A program made the position numbers and the translations under genes. Of a stretch of DNA of 64,000 bases, positions 39,672-51,056 are shown in pieces; position 1 is the stretch's first letter; every line of letters begins with the position of its first letter. The notes beneath the pieces are model-generated. The model saw nothing but the letters and a program-made list of their open reading frames with translations, did no database searches and had not been told where the DNA came from. This stretch comes from Raillietiella orientalis. Lineage: Eukaryota. Where the stretch lies: NCBI GenBank assembly GCA_036172245.1, contig JAYWIR010000031.1, forward strand, positions 930,001 through 994,000, given 5' to 3'.

Positions 39672-40966
39672 ATGGAGCTCCAGTTCCTTGTAAGTGGGCT
39701 TCTCTCCCTGGGTGCTCTCGCCCGCTGCGCTCCGGCCCGTGGCTCGGAGGAACGTGAGCGAAGGGATCGGATGGATGTGAGGGAGGGAGGTTCCCTAATC
39801 CTTCCCTCCCCTTCCCCCACCGGCTGGAAAGCGCCGGCGTTGCCCGCCAGAGCTCCTGTTCCTGATGCTTTTTGCAGGCTATCCTCTTCGTCTGCGGCTT
39901 CTGGAACGCCAGATGCCAGGAAGACCTGAGGACGAAGCGGGGAGTGTTCGGTAAAGAAAACGACCTGAAGGGATCCGGCTCTTTCGGTATGGGAACACGT
40001 AGGACTCCCCGGCCCTTCTCATGCCCCTTTCCAGCTTACGGGTTCCCCTCGTTCCAAGGATACGGCTACGGAGGTAGCTATGGATCTTCGGGATTCTTCG
40101 GCTCGCCCTTTTTTGGCGGATATCCCGGGTTCGATCTGTACGGAGGATCAGGTTCGCAGAACCGAAGGGACCGGGAGATTCCGAACCGATCGTGACTCCG
40201 GTTTCTGCCGCCAGGTGCCTACCCCGGATACTTCGGCGGGTATTCAGGCTTGGGGGGCCTCTTCGGATACCCGGGATCCGGCGGACTTGGCTTCCTTGGT
40301 GGATTCCCAGGATACGGAGCGTTTGGCGGATACCCATCCTATGGTGGATTTGGTGGATTCGGTGGATTTGGTGGATCTGGTGGATTCGGCGGGTTCGGTG
40401 GATTCCCACCGTATGGAGGAATCGGCGGGTTCGGTGGATTCCCACCGTATGGAGGAATCGGTGGGTTCGGTGGACTCGGCGGATTCGGTGGACTCGGCGG
40501 ATTCGGTGGACTCGGTGGATTTGGTGGACTCGGCGGATTCGGTGGACTCGGCGGATTCCCGCCGTATGGAGGAATTGGTGGATTCGGTGGATTTCCGCCC
40601 TTCGGAGGAATCGGTGGGTTCGGTGGACTCGGCGGATTCGGTGGACTCGGTGGATTCCCGCCGTACGGAGGAATCGGTGGATTCGGTGGACTTGGCGGAT
40701 TTTCGCCGTTCCTGTTTGACTCGATTGGAGGGTATCCGGGATCCTTCAACGATTACCCAGGATTCCTGGGCGGACTGTACCCTGGATACGGTTACTCTGG
40801 AAGATTCTTCGGGTCTCGTTACTCCAGATACTTTGGAGGATTGTCAGGATTCGGATATCCTGGAGCATCTTACGGATTTCCGGGATTCGATTACCTAGGA
40901 TCTACTTATCCTGGATTCGGCGGCGGCTTATTCGGTCCGTTCGGCTACCCCGGTTTTCGGTTCTGA
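39672..40966 (+). CDS. Secreted Gly/Phe/Tyr/Pro-rich repeat protein (gene C); join(39672..39689,39878..39986,40035..40151,40215..40966), ~331 aa
   Basis: MELQFL|gtaagt..tttttgcag|AILFVCGFWNARC (signal peptide) QEDLRTKR GVFGKENDLKGSGSF|gtatgg..tttccag|AYGFPSFQGYGYGGS..|gttcgc..ccgccag|GAYPGYFGG..(GGFPPYGGIGGF / GGL-GGF)n..GYPGFRF*. TATA upstream and AATAAA at 41213. Confidence 0.92.
40340..40705 (+). repeat. Coding tandem repeats: 36-nt GGFPPYGGIGGF units interleaved with 18-nt GGLGGF units
   Basis: Directly visible. Confidence 0.9.
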
Positions 40967-41212
40967 TCGCGGTCCCAAAGCACTGTTCCTACGGGGGCCG
41001 TCCCGGCTTCCGCGCGCAGTGCGCAGCCCGAAAGTGAAAGTGACTCCGTCCCCTACCCTGCTTACCTCGAGATGCGCAGCTCCCCCTACTCCCGAACATG
41101 CTGCAAGCGCTGCTGGGTCCCGGTGTCCGTTTCGAGAACCGCCCGGCAGCTGGCTGCGAGAACCACAGGAACGGGGGAACTCCGGGAGAACACGAGGCTC
41201 GTGGAAAGGGGA

Positions 41213-41218
41213 AATAAA
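41213..41218 (+). terminator. Polyadenylation signal of gene C
   Basis: First AATAAA after the stop codon, ~247 nt downstream. Confidence 0.6.
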
Positions 41219-43779
41219 GAAAAAATAGAATTTTCTATGGTTTTCTCAGAATCGGCTAGTTTTCCTCTTCATGCCTTCCGGGGGGTCTGTGCGGGTGGCT
41301 CCAAGGGATCTAGCAGAAGATTTCCTGCCTGCCATTCTAGCAGAGCGGCAGAAAAAACTATGGTTATAGCGATTCGACCGTGGCACACTGCTTGCATGAG
41401 GAGTGCAATGGACATGCGACACGCAGGAATGAGTCGGCTGCTGAGCCTAGAGATTCATCCCACGGGGTGTGTGACACACGAAGCTGGAGTTCCAGAATCC
41501 TTGCTTTGGGGTAGGGCCCCCCACTGGTGTTCTCAGGGATGCCCTTCGAAGGGGTCGCTCGTCCGGTGCGCGTTTCTGACTCCAGCAACGAACGAGCTTT
41601 GCGCTGCAAAGTGAGGAGGTCACGGAGGGACTTCGCAGCTGCGGTGAATGCAGCTGGTGGCTCCGCAAGTTCGATTCTTGGCCCCGGAGGAAGGAAAGTC
41701 GCCGACGACGGGGTTGCGTATACGGATGAGTCTCGTCGGCCCCACCGTGAATTTCTCTCGAACAGACGCGCTCCCGGTTTTTGATGTTTCTGTCGCCGGG
41801 GACGGGCGTTTCCCCTTCCCTCCCTTTCCTCCCCCTCCTCCAGAACTCGTCTCCTCTTCCTGGTTGACGACGGAGTGACCCGCGCACTTTTTCTGCCTCG
41901 CCAGAGGACGGACTCGTCCGGAAGATCAGGCGGAGGCAGGACTCAGCACAGAAGACCAGCTCTCCCGGCGGAGCCCGGTTGCAGCAGCCGACGATGAGGA
42001 AAGGGAGAGAGAGGAGGAGGAGATGCCTTCCAGGAGCAACGGCGAAGCAGGAGATCCATGACAACACAGAGGAGCGACAACCGGGAGACCGCATACGCGC
42101 AACGTGACCGCACAGCAGGTCGCGACCTCCCTTGTTCACAAAGGCCCGGCAAGCCAGAGGTCGTCCGAGCAGCTCCCGACGATTGCCAACACGAGACGGT
42201 TCCTGAAGGAAACAAAAAAAAACAACAAACGGGCACATAAGCTGCAGACTCAGCTGCAGGGAGCGAAGGCGCAGTTCTTTCGAGCTGTCCATACAAACCA
42301 AAAACTACCAGGACAGAACAACGCTGTAGGGGTGAATTCTTTTGCTATCCGCCCCGTCTCAATTCTACAGTTCTTCCTGTAGCAGAGGGAAAAAAGAGGG
42401 AGCATGAGAACGCTCTTTTCCAGCTAAAGCTCTTCCCTCTTCGGACTTCTCCCTTAGGATAAAATCCCATGATCTGCGTGACGAAACAAGGAGAGGTCCT
42501 ACAGAGTGCAAAGGCAGCACGCACTGAGGAAGTGACGCGTCATTTCCTCTTCGAAATCCTTCCAAAACGAAAATTGAGAAACAGCACGGAAGCTGGGGAA
42601 GTGAAAGTGAAAGATTTACTTGGAATTTTTTTGATCAAAATACCCGTGAAGATAGTGGTTGTGCGAGTTCTCTGAAGAATTTTTTGTCAAGGTAACAAAG
42701 ATGGTCTTAGTATTGATGTTCTTATTGTAAACAATAAATGTACAGTCTCTCTAACAGAAATGAATGTACAGTAATGGGGTTTCCTTTTGGCTAGCTAAAT
42801 AGAGGTTGGGTTTGCATCCTGCGTTTCGTCTTGAGCACGTCTTGAGTTTTCGTCTGCCACAAATTTCGACCTTCACTCTCACTTTCTTTTCAAGCGATCA
42901 GGATACCTGATCCTGACTTCCTTTCCCGGTTGCTGTCCTTCACTCGAAAGCGTGGCGCTAGAAAAGAAGGAAAAAAATAGTTTTGTACTTTTTCTGGAAG
43001 GACTTTCTGACCATCCCATCCCAGCGCAGCCTTCTACTGTCGACACTGAAACTTATCTTGACTGGATGGGCCCACATACATCGGGTACATCCAGTTAAGA
43101 TACGTGCGATCTGCCCTATATGCGATCTCTGGAACAGCAAAATGGAACCTTTAAAAGAACACGCCAGGTCATTTTCTCTAGGAGGTCCTTCATGTCAGTG
43201 AGGCCTCGCCTGTGGGTCTCAGAGAAGCGCTCATTCTGAAGACAGTTTAGAGGTCGCTCTAAGTAAAACATCCGAGCGTCTGAGCTCTCCTGAGGCTGGC
43301 GATTCAGCCTTTAAAAAGTAGCAGCTTTCCGAAAGAGAGGGAATCGCAGTTGAGATCCTCTCTTGCTGCAGCATCATCTCTCATGGGTCGAGAGGTACTG
43401 AATCTTGATTATTTCCCTATACAAAGAAGAGTAAATGCCCATCCCACGGACTAGAAATGAGCATCATGGCAGTCCGTTCCAGGAACTCTACTCTGCTTTT
43501 GTTCTGATGGTTTTGTGAATGGCCTTTTCTTCTCTGCTGTATGCAAGCCTTGTGGATTTACTTCAGATGGAACCTCAAGCTGCTTCCGCCCGTGTCCGTG
43601 GTCAGTCCCTCAAACACCCGCGGGTTCGTCTTCTAGTGGACTCCGTCTACTGAAAGAGAAAGTTTATTGTAGATACGCAGACGGATGCTCACTCCTTCCC
43701 AGTGCCAAGAAACCACCAAATGCGTTCTCCCCGTGCAAGTGGTACCAGTGGTAAAGGTACCAGCAGCACGCAGGGCTGT

Positions 43780-44500
43780 GAAGCTCTCCACGTGCCTCCT
43801 GCTCCATTCTTTTTGTCATGCTATTCGAGGGTGCGTGTCGACTCTTCAAGATAAGGAGTACCCCAGAAAGGGAACACCCTATGAATCCAGATGGGCTAAG
43901 AATGATGAAGTCCGTTTCTCTTACTCTTGGTAGGGAACTTTTTCTTCCTTATTCTCTCCGGAAGGATCTTCCGGAGGGAGCCACATCATTGTTTCTCCTC
44001 TAGAAGGAACCCGCAAGGGAACCACTCTTTTTCTTCCCCTCGGAAGCTCCTTCCGGAAGGGAACACGCTCCCAAAAACGTGAAGAGTAACCTCTAAGGAG
44101 GGGGTCGACTGCATGACAGATTCTGGAGGGCATTCCCAAAGCTCCATGATCCCTGGAGGGATCCCGGAGGGTTTACTCCCGCTTCCGTCTGGTCATCGGG
44201 ACATCCGGTTGCCAGCACTCGTTCAAGCGCCGTCCATTGCCACGCCCAAAGTCATTTAGCAAACTTCGCGGGGGAGGGGGAGCGGGTAGCACTTGAAACC
44301 CATGATGCACTCATTCTTAGCGTTGGTCTTCAACGGAGAAATTCGAACTCTCGACGCCTGGTACCACGCACGGAAGCTGCAGCTGCAACCGCCAATGCGG
44401 GACATTCTTTCCGCTTTCAGAAACCTCGATGGCAAGAAATGGGCAGTCGAGACTTCAGATACGAAGGAAACTATTGGCTGGAGAATCCAGGACACTGTCA
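43780..44500 (-). mobile_element. Dispersed repeat copy 2 (LINE ORF1-like remnant)
   Basis: gactcttcaagataagg..caccctatgaatccag..cttggtagggaa matches 1890-1980 and the inverted copy at 45680-45780. Confidence 0.6.
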
Positions 44501-44990
44501 AGATTGGCGCCACCTGAATCCGTTTTTCAACATGCGATCCTGGAAGGGATTTTCCAGAGATTCCGCTGGGATGGAAGCTGAACTCGGAGAACTGGAGAGC
44601 GCTTCTTCCCGCAGCTTTCGTTTGGAGATCCTCTGGTGCCTGAAAAGATCAGAAAGAGAAAGCCCTGGTATGGGAACTAGTCCAAAGGGACGGCTCATCG
44701 AGAGCTCCGAGACCCGTGAACAAGTGCGCAGGCGCCGGACCTGACTGTTCCGTTAAGGATTCCAGAAGCTTGAAGGCAACGGCGAGCACATTGGGAGCTC
44801 GGAAGAGTGGCACGCACTCCGAAGGGAAGACTTGTGAGCAGTCTGCCGAGCCAGAAGATCAGGAACTTCCACGGGAGTGAGGATTTGAACTTCTGCAAGC
44901 TGGGATGGTAGACGAAAAGCGGAAGATTTCTGGAGAGAGATCCATGACAAGAAGTGAAGAGTATCAGTACGAGAGTAACCTCCTATTATA

Positions 44991-45213
44991 GCTAAAATAC
45001 TGGAGTTTACCTTATTTTTGATTTACAAAATCAATGTTTTAATTAAACTAGTAAGGCTGGTATTGTGAGTGGGAGTAATGGGGGAGATGGTGATTAAGTG
45101 GCTGATGCACTTTGTTTGTGGGTACTTTGGCTGTTGGGTTGTTTTGAGTTCTGGATGTCCTCAGGATGAAGAATGAGGACTTTGGCAATGGCTAAAATAC
45201 TGGAGTTTACCTT
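44991..45213 (-). mobile_element. 177-bp insertion flanked by a perfect 23-bp direct repeat (probable TSD); likely a 5'-truncated retroposon 3' end
   Basis: gctaaaatactggagtttacctt occurs at 44991-45013 and 45191-45213. The insert is strand-biased with an A-rich end on the minus strand. Confidence 0.7.
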
Positions 45214-45289
45214 CTTTCTCTTCCTTTCTCTACTCTCTTTCTAATCCATGGAAACCCAGATCTGTAGGTTTTGGGTACGGCGGCACCGG

Positions 45290-45855
45290 TGAAAAGACCG
45301 AAACCTTTAGGAGCTCCCGATGACTGGCCACAACTGGAAGCCGGCCCTCCGGGATTCTTCCGGGAATCGACGATTCCTTCAACGTTCCCGTTTGCTTGTG
45401 AAAATGGAGCAATCCCTCCACAGGGGAACCCCCCATCGCTTACAATGGATGCCAAAGGCGCCCTTCAGAGAAACTCGGAAGAGTCTTCGGGGTTCTCTTC
45501 AGAGAAGAAGCAAACAAGAAGCAGTTCCCTTGTGGGTTATCTCCCGAGAAGAAATCCCAGGAGGCGGATCCTTTCCAGATTCCCTTCTGAGAAGAAATGA
45601 CGAAGTGGTCACCTCCGTAGAGAATAAGGGAGAGGTTCCCTTCGGGAACAACCGGGGCAATCGTTCCCTTCTGGACTCGCTACCAAGCGTAAGAGAGGAG
45701 TGGACTCCTTCATCCGAAGTCTCTTCCGGGATTCATAGGGTAGTCCCCACCCGAAGCACCCCTTATCTTGAAGAGTCAACAAGCACCCTCGGGTGGCATG
45801 GAACAGCGGTGGAGAGCTTTGTAAGCCCCTAGGAGAACGGTTCTCGAGTCGCTTT
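45290..45855 (+). mobile_element. Dispersed repeat copy 3 (LINE ORF1-like remnant, opposite orientation)
   Basis: The reverse complement matches 1810-2350 and 51085-51600 (e.g. gattcataggg, cttgaagagt, gaacggttctcgagt). Confidence 0.6.
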
Positions 45856-46139
45856 CCAGGGAACGCAAAAAGGGAGCCCATCAGAGCATCACTTCCCAAA
45901 GACGAAAGTTGCGATCGGCGAGGTTCATCGAAAGACCGCTGAATCCTGTAGCAGATTTTCGAAAGAGAGGGACCCCTGACAACATGGAGCCACCATCATG
46001 GGACGTCAATGGAATGGAAGGAAAAAAACATCGGGACAAAGCACAGAGTTCCAAGGAACCAATATCCCTGAGAATCTACCATGGCTGATGGACGAGTCCC
46101 CATCTTTGAATTGCACCTTGGCTGCCACCAGCAGGCAGT

Positions 46140-48400
46140 TTCTTTACCACGATAGCACGGATCCCGCGAAGAGATGGGCAATGGTTTCTACCTGTGCGAG
46201 ATGCCAATAGCATTCACAGGAAGTGTGAATAAGGTTCTTAAACCACATCCTCAACCACTGGAATGGAGACTCAAAGCTGATGAAGAGGTGGCCCGAATGG
46301 AGAAAACCACCCATGAAAATGGAAACTGGTAGCCTCGCATCTGTCCATTCCAGGAGTGGCTTCCCAACCTCTGTACTGAAGCTAGTGCTCCAAGGATACA
46401 GGAGTTTCAAACCCTATCACGCCGGGACGTTTATTTGAAAAAAATAAAATACAATTTAAAAAGAAAAAGCATACCCGCAAGGGTCGAGAGGTGATGCTAC
46501 AAAAAATGCTCCAAAAAAAGTTCTTCCAGGATAACCACCGGTGCGCAGACCGGCTTCCAAAAAGTAGGGAACCGAGGGAAGGGACAGTAAATGAATAAAA
46601 AAGGACAAGAAGGTGGGGCAGTGATCTTTGGTATGAGGCGTGCTTCTCTTTAAAAGCGGCTGTGGATGGTGGAGATCTCCCTGGCGACTTCTGGCAGATG
46701 AGGCCACATCGTTGCTGTCCCCATGAGGGCTGCCGCCATACTGGTGGTCTCCACCGCAAACTTGATTCTTACTTATGGCGGACTGCAACACATGGAGCGG
46801 ATGCAACATATGGTTGAGACCACAGCACTCTTCTTCAGCCCATCTCCGGTGAAGAAGCAAGTCCAGAGAGGTGTCCTGCAGTTGATGGAGAGCCTAAGCG
46901 AGTCTCCGCCACAAGTTCTGCAAGTCACTACAGTCTAACAAGAGGTGCGGAAGCGATTCCTTCGTCCCGCACCTAAGACAGTTGAAGGAGGCGACTCCCC
47001 CGGAAACCAGGTGTCTGCCTTGATTGCACTGGAGTCCCCCCTGCAGAAACAGCATCACAACCTCTTCCCAACGTAGCGGGAACACGGAGATGTCCAAGCA
47101 GAGGGAAGGGACAAAAGGTTCCTTGGGGGCACTCCAAGCAGTTCACTCCACCGAGGGAGTCCCTTTGCCTGGAAACGAGGAGTGGCGGCATTCACCAACT
47201 CGCTCGTTTTCCAGCTGTTCAGAAGTTTTTCGACTCCTGCAATGTTGCAGAACTATCGCCCGCCGGCTGGCTGCTGTCATTGTTTGCCCTAAGGGCAGAC
47301 AGCGCTTCAACAAGGGCTATCCAGGACCACTGCGTCCAATCCTTCAGATCTCCCAGTGGTTTGCGTAAGAGATTGCAACCGTCGCAGTTTCTCTGGGAGC
47401 ACTTGCAAAGTGGCACTCCAGGACTCCAGAGCCTCCTATGGAGTCCTGGAGGCATTGCAACTGCTGCGAGGCATTCCAGTTTAAGAGCGGTAGGATATCC
47501 AAGGATGGATTGACAGTAATGAGGAGAGATGCCTCAGGGGATAGCCGAATCCAGTCCTCCGGCTTAGGTTGCGCGGCAGCAAAAGAAGTCCTGCTCTCCC
47601 AACGCACCTCTGGAAGATGTGACGTGCCGAAACACACCAATGGAAGGACCACAATTTCCCACACAGGGAGAGAAGCTGGAATTCCAAACCGCTATATTCA
47701 AGTGAATGCTCCAAGGATACGGGAGGTGAGATCACGCTGTTACGCTTCCCTCCTCTCAAGGAGGGCGAGAACTGAGAATTGGTTCTGCATTTCGCCGCTA
47801 GATGGGTACCTGTATCGTTTTAAGTTTGGTTCGTGAGATTTGGCAAACGAATGCAGTGATGAGAATACTCAGGATATCCAGGAGGTGGAGGAGGGGAACA
47901 CATCAGGAGAAAAATGATACGTTCAAGCTGGACCAAGCGCTGGAAGCATAACATGGTCACCCTCAAGAACTCCAGCCTCGTCGAGAAGAGGAGGTAAGAG
48001 ATCGGACTGATTGAGGAGAAGAAGAGATTCTCTTCATCGGCTGCACCTCCCACTGGCCCATTTGATGAACAGCAATCGTGTGGAGTTCCTGCAGTTTGAA
48101 GAGTACTCTCGGACCTCCAGTCGCTCTCTCGTCGGAGGCAAGCGAGAAACTTGATTGTGACCTCTCGAACTGGAGGTTTTTTACCCGACGATCTGAAGAC
48201 CCTTGACCTTCCCATTTCCTCCAGGACATCCCTGAGAGTTCCTTGAGGACCAGCTCTGTTCCAAACCGTTTTCCTGCGGACGATCGATCGAGTCGCGCGG
48301 CGGCGGCGCAACAGTTTTGCAACTCCTGGAAACACGAGAAGATGGAAGATAAATTCTGCCGCTCGAGGCCGAAAGATCCCTCCAAATGAATCGGGATTGC
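46140..48400 (-). mobile_element. Decayed Tx1/L1-like LINE ORF2 region with two zf-RVT copies (probable nested insertion)
   Basis: NCLRCGTKESLPHLLLDCSDLQNLWRRLA at 46894-47000 and a second ..VETIAHLF at ~46170. RT-like IFSCFQ..AAARLDRSS at ~48300. Minus-strand AATAAA at 46430-46435. Confidence 0.75.
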
Positions 48401-51056
48401 AGGAGGGAGAAATGAGACTTATCACAGGAGTGAGCGCGCAACCGTTTCCAGTTGTGATCAAATTTCTATAATCATATCACCAGGAAGAGATCTCCAGCTG
48501 ATTAGAAGAAAAAGTTGCTGTTTTGAAATGATCTTTCGAGGGTCCAGTGAGATCGAAAATCCATTTGCCTTCGAACATGCGCTGGAAATTCAAACCTCCT
48601 CACCTACTATGCCACCATCTGATCAGCTCAGCTACAACTTGAAATATTCATAGGGACTCCATTCTTTCCGTGAAGAACGTCCGCGGCTGCGCGTGAAAAA
48701 TTCCTTCCTTCCTCCTCAAACTCGATGTTGTTAAGGCAAACGAGTCAAGCATTCCACTGATTTTTTGATTGTTCCTGGAAGTGGGACTCCTTATATGACA
48801 GCGGTTCAAGGAGCTGACTCCCTACTGTAGCTCTCGGGACTCTTAGCTCGTCTCTAAGCAGGGCAGCTGCACAACCAGCTTTCCCATCCTAACTGGTTGT
48901 TAATAGTCACTCTGACTGCGGCGAGCCTCTAGAATGAGAGGGTGCTCTGTTGCATACTACAGGAAGCGAAAATGGTCAGTCCGGTTGAAAAGTCCTCGAA
49001 TGGATCCTCACTTGCAGTTCCCTTTCTTTTTCCTTCGCTTCAATCGGAGAATCCTCACCCTGCTGCCCGATTTCTTCTTCCCTTCTGAATCCACAATGTG
49101 CTCATCCTACGACCACTTCGCCGCTCTTGGAAAGATCGAAGGAAATACCTCACAAAGGAGTTGCCGGGAAATCCCGAATCTCGAGGAGGCTCAATGTTTC
49201 CCTTCAACTCCTTTGCGGTATTTTGCATCGAATCAAAGTAAGTCTTTAGCTCGGAGATGAAATCAGTAAGGAAACAGAAGTTGATCCGAGCGCTTGCGCG
49301 AAACTGAGAAGTGACCATCGATAGGAAAATGAAGCGTTTGAATCAATATCCTCATGGTCTTGTTCATTTACTCCCTGATTCCCACTTCTGTAACAGGAGA
49401 ACCCTTAGCGATTTCGATGGAGAAATGCAACTAATAGGGACAACTGTTTCGAAGTAGGCTATCCAATAACCTGCGACGTCACGCAGAATAATTTATCTAT
49501 GTAACTTGGCTTGCACACCGCATGTGTTATTTATATTACATTATAATTATTCTTCACGTTTATTTATTATAGCTGTACCCTTCGAAAAATATTTGATCTT
49601 TCAGGCATCATTGAAAAGTTGCAACAAACGTGTGAAGGTAAGATAACGGAATCGGGAAAATGGCGTTCGTCTTGGCCCTGTAGTTGAGCGAACAGCCCAC
49701 AGATGAGCTTAGGTGTGCATCCCGGGGCGGCGATGCTGCGAGTCGCAATGGCAAAACTGTGAACTATTAGCACTCAGTGCAATGTACGGGCAGCGTAATG
49801 AAGATTGGAAACGGCAAGCAACGTTTGAACTTTCGGCATTTACCGGGTCATCATTTCTCCTCTTTAACACTTCTATTTTCTGCGAGAATTTTTTTGTCCT
49901 CTGGCTTTCAGCTCATAATGTCGACTAGTAATTAAACAAACATATAGGAGCAACTTGCCAAATTACGGCGCACCAATCGTTTGATCACTCGGGTGATTTT
50001 TACATCTGTGCATTTCTTTTTCTTTTTTTTTTTTCCCGAATAGCCCCAGTTATATTTCGGGAATTATTCCTTTTTGGAGAGTCACAGAGTTCTGAATAAA
50101 TGCTGAACTGTGGAAAGAATTGTGAGCATCCATGGTTGACTACCATTAAGGTCAAGCTCGGATTCCCAACGCAGCATCGTTGCAGTTCAATCTTCACGAA
50201 AACAACAACAGAGCACCCATGCTGCTTTTTTTTGCTTTTTTCCGGTGTTTGCTTAATCGAATTTCATCTCGCCCCAGCAACCTCTTCCCTTAAGCTGCAG
50301 AGCGCACCTGAACGAGTCACAAAAGTTTTCAAGACGCGAAACGTGAGAAACAAACCGAACTTTTGAAAACGCAGCCGGCAGTCTGCGACTCGAGGTTTTT
50401 CGTTAGAGATTTGCACTGAATGGTCCATGAGGAGCGTCGCATCGAAACCTCAGAATAGTGCTCCGTGACCTAGAAGATGAAAGATGACTCGGTTCAGTCG
50501 TTTTTCGTCATGATCGAAGTGGTGCGTCCCTCACGCACATGCACGTATGAGCCAATATGCGACTTTCAGCGAAAGACCTAGCGTGGGTTAAGGGGGTGGA
50601 AACTTGTTGAACACGGCTGGCAGCCACGCGACTAACTGAGGCGTTAAATTCCATGGGAACCATTCCAACGGAAGAGGGAGGGTTTGCGTTCAAAAGATTT
50701 CGGTTCAGATCTTCCCAGTCCGAGGTCTCTCTAGCGATTGCGGAGGTGTGGTTTCCCTCAAATGGCTGATCACCGTTTGTGGGACACCGCAAACATTCCA
50801 TGTATGCATCCCTAGGCAACCTTTGAAGAGAACAGCAATCAAGAGCGAGGAAAGAAGGTTAACCGCTGAGGCGCTCCTGTCATCGGAATCGGGACAGAAG
50901 AATTTCGCAGAGTTCTGAAAAGGAAGACGTGCAGCCAGACTTTACATGTGTGCAACATGGGGAGGAAGAAGGGAGGGGGGACTGCTGCGCAACTTGGGGT
51001 TGGCAAAGGATTTTTGCATCGCCTTGCTCCTGCTTCCGGAATAGGGAGCACAGTCC

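Noticed and set aside
39879..40898. Pro/Asn-rich antisense ORF and the Asp/Ser- and Trp/Arg-rich frames
   Set aside because: Shadows of the gene C repeat.
41447..42301. 284-aa minus-strand ORF with a strong acceptor-like tract at ~42206
   Set aside because: No recognisable domain, and its composition is typical of random GC-rich ORFs; it could be a UTR or non-coding exon but cannot be supported.
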